From assembly GCA_964439735.1 (NCBI GenBank), contig CAYTQC010000001.1, forward strand, positions 3,718 through 67,717: DNA of 64,000 bases, given 5' to 3'. The stretch is from an uncultured Synergistaceae bacterium (lineage in GTDB: Bacteria > Synergistota > Synergistia > Synergistales > Aminobacteriaceae). The notes under the pieces were generated by a model, which was not told the origin of the DNA, did not search any database, and was given only the letters and a program-made list of their open reading frames with translations. The position numbers and the translations under genes were made by a program. Positions 59,627 to 64,000 of the stretch are shown piece after piece; within the stretch, counting starts at the first letter, position 1; the number at the start of each line of letters is the position of its first letter.

Positions 59627-59968
59627 TCATTTCACCGCAAAGATATCCATTCCGACGGCCCGTTCAACACTTCCGCGAATGGATTCCAGGCCGGTCCCCA
59701 TGCTCCCCTTCAGTCCGGGTATGGGGATAAAGCTGGTTTCGTACTCGCCGTTCAGGGTGTCAATATACTCCGAGGAAGCGATATAAAAACTTTCCTGAAC
59801 GAATACGACAGCGTATTTCTCACGGGCCAGCCCAAGGAGAACGCTCTCAACTTCTTCATTGGTCTTTCCCTGGAGCATGAAAGGTTTCACTCCAACAGCC
59901 TGGAAAGGAAGGACCGTTTCGTATTCCCCGACTGCAGCCATGGGATGCCCTGTTTTTTTATCCTGCAT
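59627..59968 (-). CDS. atpF: V-type ATP synthase subunit F
   Basis: AAVGEYETVLPFQAVG, PIPG, SVERAVGMDI. Confidence 0.92.
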   Translation of the reverse strand: MQDKKTGHPMAAVGEYETVLPFQAVGVKPFMLQGKTNEEVESVLLGLAREKYAVVFVQESFYIASSEYIDTLNGEYETSFIPIPGLKGSMGTGLESIRGSVERAVGMDIFAVK

Positions 59969-60971
59969 GACGGAGCAGCCCCCTTGCCATTGATCTGTCC
60001 GTATCGTTTGAAACCGAAACAAGCGCAATTCGGACGTTTTTCGCCTCGAGTTCCTTGCGCCACAGGAACGAGATTACGTTCTCCGGAGCAAAGGCATCGT
60101 ACTTCGACTTCTCGACCATACCGGCGATATACTCGTCAAGGACCTTCTCCATGTCTACGAGGAGCGTGTTGAGGTCACCGGCATCCTGAACCCGGGAGAA
60201 TGTTTTAGCGGCATCTGTGAACGAAAGGACCCTGGGCCAGCTTTCCACAGGTTCGGAAAGAATAGAGAGGAGTTTTTCCCTGGATATGAAACCGCCGTCG
60301 TGAAGGAATCCTGCAGCAGTTCCGGCTTCCATATCCATTCGTTTCATCCGCAGGAGGTTCCGTATATTCTCCGCGTCGATCTTTCCTCTTACCCAGAAGA
60401 CTGCCGAATCGATTCCGCAGTCGGCCGCAATATTCCTCATCGCAGTGAACAGTCCGCTGTCAAGCGCCTTCTCCACTTCGAGGATATCTTTGGTCTGTTC
60501 CCACATGGCAAAGCATTTCGGAATCAGCCCGTGAAGACCAAAGGGAAGAAGCCTGTAATCTTCGCTCTCCATAGCCATAATGAGGTCGTCCGCAGAAATG
60601 TTCCCGAGACGGGTCAGCAGGTCAAACCGCCTTTCCCCGCCTTCCCGGACGAGAATCGAACTTTTCAGAAGCACTTTCACGTTGTGAAAATCGTAGGGAA
60701 TGCGGCAGAGCTGAACAAGCCGGCCGTCCGGAACAAATTTCTGCACCTCCGAATACACATGCAGAAGTTCAGCCTCGATGGCCTTGTCAAATTCCGAGCT
60801 TCCCTTCAGTTCCATCAGCCATCCTGAATACACAGTTTCTCCAAGGACTTTCAGCGCCGAATCGAGGTCTTCGCATTCAAGAATGCGCTGTAGAACAGCC
60901 TCTTCAAGAAGGCGTCCGGACATAGCCCGGAGCCGTGAAACAGCATAACCGTACCTCTCTGCCGGAGCCAT
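59958..60971 (-). CDS. atpC: V-type ATP synthase subunit C
   Basis: YAVSRLRAM, YDFHNVKVLLK, KELEAKNVRI; operon position. Confidence 0.92.
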   Translation of the reverse strand: MAPAERYGYAVSRLRAMSGRLLEEAVLQRILECEDLDSALKVLGETVYSGWLMELKGSSEFDKAIEAELLHVYSEVQKFVPDGRLVQLCRIPYDFHNVKVLLKSSILVREGGERRFDLLTRLGNISADDLIMAMESEDYRLLPFGLHGLIPKCFAMWEQTKDILEVEKALDSGLFTAMRNIAADCGIDSAVFWVRGKIDAENIRNLLRMKRMDMEAGTAAGFLHDGGFISREKLLSILSEPVESWPRVLSFTDAAKTFSRVQDAGDLNTLLVDMEKVLDEYIAGMVEKSKYDAFAPENVISFLWRKELEAKNVRIALVSVSNDTDRSMARGLLRHAG

Positions 60972-60985
60972 GGAATCACCCCCGA

Positions 60986-61567
60986 CTAGGCAGAAAACAG
61001 CCGCTTGACAACGTCTGCCTCTATATCGTCCCGAATCCACCGGATGAGCATATCCCAGGAACAGTTCGTCTCGATATCCCCCTGTTTCAGGATGAATCCT
61101 CCCGTGATCGGTCTTTTTTCCTTGCCGAGGGTCAGTTTCTTCCCTGTTTTGGCATTATATTCCGCTATCCATTCAGACGTGACAAATTTCTCCGATTCGG
61201 ACACAAGAACTTCTTCATCTCCCGTCTCCACAGCCTTTGCCAGAAGAGACCCGACAAAATCGAGATACTTGTCCTTCTGAAGGGAACCGAGCTGGGAGAG
61301 AGCTCCGGCGAATGCCGCAGAAATCGTATCCTGCCTGACACCCAGTTCGATTTTCTTTACATCGAGCCCGGCGACTATTTCCCGGCGCCTCAGTATCTCG
61401 GGCTGCTCCTTACGGAAGCGTTCTTCGTACCCCTGCTCGATTTTTTTAATTTCGCCGTTCATCTCTTCGTTTATTGAAGCAACAAGCGAACGGGCCTTGT
61501 CCAGGATTCTTCCGCCCTCTTCCCGAGCCTCTGTTTCTATTTTTTTCTTGATTTCCGCCAAGGACAT
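60986..61567 (-). CDS. atpE: V-type ATP synthase subunit E
   Basis: Coiled-coil N-terminus; ITGGFIL...NCSWD; operon position. Confidence 0.92.
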   Translation of the reverse strand: MSLAEIKKKIETEAREEGGRILDKARSLVASINEEMNGEIKKIEQGYEERFRKEQPEILRRREIVAGLDVKKIELGVRQDTISAAFAGALSQLGSLQKDKYLDFVGSLLAKAVETGDEEVLVSESEKFVTSEWIAEYNAKTGKKLTLGKEKRPITGGFILKQGDIETNCSWDMLIRWIRDDIEADVVKRLFSA

Positions 61568-61589
61568 CGATCATTCCCCCTTGACAGGA

Positions 61590-62069
61590 TTAAAGGCTGA
61601 TTCCGTTGAGAAGAATAATGCTCATCAGAAGAGAAAGAACCGCGTATGTTTCGACCATTGCAGGAAGAATAACCGCTTTACCTGTTTCCTCCGGCCTTTT
61701 CGCAATCATCTGGATGCACGCCGCAGATGTCTTTCCCTGGGCTATAGCCGAGAAGTATCCTCCCACAGCAATGGGAAGGCAGGCAAAAAAGATCGCCAGC
61801 CCCTGCCATACGTTCACGCTGATTTCAGCACCTCCGCCGAGAAGGCCGACTTTCAGTATTGCAAAAAAGGCGATAAGAAGGCCGTAAATACCCTGTGTGC
61901 CGGGAAGGGCCTGCAGAAGAAGCACAAGGCCAAATTTCCCGGGATCTTCCGTCATGACTCCGGCACCGGATTCACCGGCAATGCCGACTCCGATGGCGGA
62001 ACCTGCCCCTGCCCAACCTGCAGCCATAGCCGCTCCGAGTATTGCCAATGCGATTCCAAGAAGATCCAT
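61590..62069 (-). CDS. atpK: V-type ATP synthase subunit K (4-TM proteolipid, Na+-binding signature)
   Basis: LPGTQGIYG, SAIAQG, MVETYA. Confidence 0.95.
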   Translation of the reverse strand: MDLLGIALAILGAAMAAGWAGAGSAIGVGIAGESGAGVMTEDPGKFGLVLLLQALPGTQGIYGLLIAFFAILKVGLLGGGAEISVNVWQGLAIFFACLPIAVGGYFSAIAQGKTSAACIQMIAKRPEETGKAVILPAMVETYAVLSLLMSIILLNGISL

Positions 62070-62106
62070 TGTATTGATACACTCCTTTCAGGCTGTTATG
62101 AACAAT

Positions 62107-64000
62107 TTACTGGTCTTTGTTTTCCTTTTTTATTGTCACATAATTCGTATTGTAGGTAAGAGGAGCAAAAATCTTCCCGCCGCCCGTATAAAACTTGCTG
62201 AAAAACTCCACGTACTGAAGCCTCAGAGAATGGACGAACGCTCCCAGAACGTTGACGGCTATGCTGAAAATATGTCCTCCGATTATCAGCACAACTGCGA
62301 GGATCCAGCCTACGTAGGGAACATCTCCTGCAAGTCCGGCAAGCATGTTGATGATCACGCCGACGGCGGAAGTCGCAAGGCCGAGTGCGAGAAGCCTGCT
62401 GTAGCTCAGTACGTCCCCGAGATAGGATGTGACCCCGTAGAGGCTGAGAAGTCCCGAAACTGCTTTCGACACTATCCCTGTCTTCTCACGACCCTGGGTT
62501 GCGACCAGAATCACTGCCCCGGCGACGGAGAACACCTTGCCGATTGCCCCCGCCCCCGCCGGAACAACGCCTGCCGCATAGCCGCCCCAGATGAGAAGCC
62601 CTACAAGAAATACGATCCATCCTCCCGTATCTGCGAAAGCCCCCATGTAATTTTTCTTCCTGAGCGCATCGTAAAAGGCGATCCCGAGGCCGAACATGAG
62701 CTGGACTATACCAAGGGCAAGAGATATGCCGAGGAAGACCATGGGGTTTTCCATGGGATTGAGAAGTACCGGCGCATTCTTCAGGGGTCTCAGGAACGAA
62801 AAGATGCCGAATGCGTCAACAAGATCCCCGAACCAGCTTCCCGTCAGGGCTCCTACGACTACCGTAGAAACACCGGAAAGGACAAAAAGCTTGAAGAACT
62901 GGCTGAAAGCGGTGGGCATTTTTTTATATTTCCTGAGGAACCACACGAAGAACCCGATCATTATCAGGCCATAACCTGCATCTCCCAGGCACATTCCGAA
63001 GAAGATAAAGAAAAACGGGGCAAGAAAGGGGGTCGGATCAAGTTCTCCGTATTTCGGTGCGCCGTAGAGCCTTGTAAGGTTCTCGAACGGCAGGCACCAG
63101 GAAGGGTTCAGTATGTTCGAAGGCGGTTCATCTCCTTCGGCAGGATCCGAAAGGATAAGTTCAATGGAAGAATCAAATCTCGAAAGCTCTCTGCGGATTT
63201 CAGGGACTGAATCTTCAGGAATCCATCCCCTGAGCATAACAACCTGCTCCGTTGACCTTGCCGCGGAAAGGGTCAGGTATTTGTCCTTAAGAACGCTGTA
63301 GAAATCACTCAGGGAACGGACCGTCGGCACAAAGTCTTTTGCGGATTGTGCGGCTTTTTCAAGAATCAGTGTCTCTTCTTCTGCCAGGCGCTCCTTTTTC
63401 TCTGCAATGGCTGCAAGTTCTTCCTCAACCTTTCCCTTCAGCCCCGGCGGGATCTCTATCCGGTTAAAGGAATGGCGTGCATTGATCTCGAGGGCTTCCC
63501 GGGCAACGGAATCGTCGTAGAAAAGAGCAACAATGCGATCCTTTTCTTTTTCAGAAGCGGGAACAGTATAATATTCCCCCATCATTCCAAGGATCGAAGC
63601 CGCTCCTCTTTTCCACTGCTCCGTCTGGTCTGCGGGAATGGTCCCGAGAGCACCATGGATATGATCCGTTCCTGAAGTTACGAGTTCCAAAGGATAGGGG
63701 AACCCGTGCAGAGAGGTCAGAAGCTGCTCCATCGAATCCAGCTGGGTTACTTCGGATCGTATCTCCATGAGCCTGCGCTCAAGCTTCCGGACATTCTCCG
63801 CGAGAGTTTTCAGGTCAGTTTTCGCATCCAGCGTCTTTCCTTCTTCGAGGGACAGTTCGTCTTTTTCGCCCATAGCGCGGGCAATTCCTGAAACAGGGTC
63901 AGAAAAATGAGGTTCAAGAAACCGGAGAAGAAACCGTGTTTCTCCAAGCAGGGATTCAACTCGCTGAAAATCGGGGTGGATAATCGCTGACTCTTCCGGT
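62107..64000 (-). CDS. atpI: V-type ATP synthase subunit I (5' end beyond window edge)
   Basis: ELDPTP, FFGMCLGDAGYG, DVLSYSRLLALGLA, LRLQYVEFF; frame stays open to the window end. Confidence 0.96.
   Translation of the reverse strand, partial: PEESAIIHPDFQRVESLLGETRFLLRFLEPHFSDPVSGIARAMGEKDELSLEEGKTLDAKTDLKTLAENVRKLERRLMEIRSEVTQLDSMEQLLTSLHGFPYPLELVTSGTDHIHGALGTIPADQTEQWKRGAASILGMMGEYYTVPASEKEKDRIVALFYDDSVAREALEINARHSFNRIEIPPGLKGKVEEELAAIAEKKERLAEEETLILEKAAQSAKDFVPTVRSLSDFYSVLKDKYLTLSAARSTEQVVMLRGWIPEDSVPEIRRELSRFDSSIELILSDPAEGDEPPSNILNPSWCLPFENLTRLYGAPKYGELDPTPFLAPFFFIFFGMCLGDAGYGLIMIGFFVWFLRKYKKMPTAFSQFFKLFVLSGVSTVVVGALTGSWFGDLVDAFGIFSFLRPLKNAPVLLNPMENPMVFLGISLALGIVQLMFGLGIAFYDALRKKNYMGAFADTGGWIVFLVGLLIWGGYAAGVVPAGAGAIGKVFSVAGAVILVATQGREKTGIVSKAVSGLLSLYGVTSYLGDVLSYSRLLALGLATSAVGVIINMLAGLAGDVPYVGWILAVVLIIGGHIFSIAVNVLGAFVHSLRLQYVEFFSKFYTGGGKIFAPLTYNTNYVTIKKENKDQ

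Overview
A 64 kb core-genome segment of an anaerobic, amino-acid-fermenting bacterium, most likely Synergistota (inferred from gene content: Prp plus N-terminally extended L27, Na+-type V-ATPase, Firmicutes-like gene clusters alongside a DAP-type MurE). I found no mobile elements, prophage, CRISPR, tRNA or rRNA. Left arm (1-28006, nearly all + strand): OTC, a Cys-rich micro-protein, nikR (-), a degenerate nitrilase, yebC-ruvCAB-DUF2905-spoIID-queA-AmmeMemoRadiSam, mltG, tldD, ftsK, thiN, rpmB (-), xseB-ispA-dxs-tlyA-nadK-recN, rplU-prp-rpmA-obgE-nadD-LCP-rsfS. Right arm (28123-64000, all - strand): V-ATPase operon, RNase P RNA, the dcw cluster (mraZ to ftsZ), a SPOR protein, a Mo/W-cofactor cluster, rapZ-yvcK-whiA-pgk-tpiA. 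Two hidden signals stand out. (1) A probable unannotated selenoprotein at 957-1142: three CxxC pairs plus a fourth pair completed only if the in-frame UGA is read as Sec (CSTUGG-stop), followed by a G-loop hairpin at SECIS-compatible distance. (2) A 28-bp XerCD dif-like site at 28075-28102, exactly where the two arms converge, which marks this window as the probable replication terminus. Secondary leads: an AmmeMemoRadiSam module in the operon slot after queA, a nitrilase-fold protein that appears to have lost all three catalytic residues and is transcribed divergently from nikR, and a MogA with an unexplained N-terminal domain carrying a Walker A-like motif.
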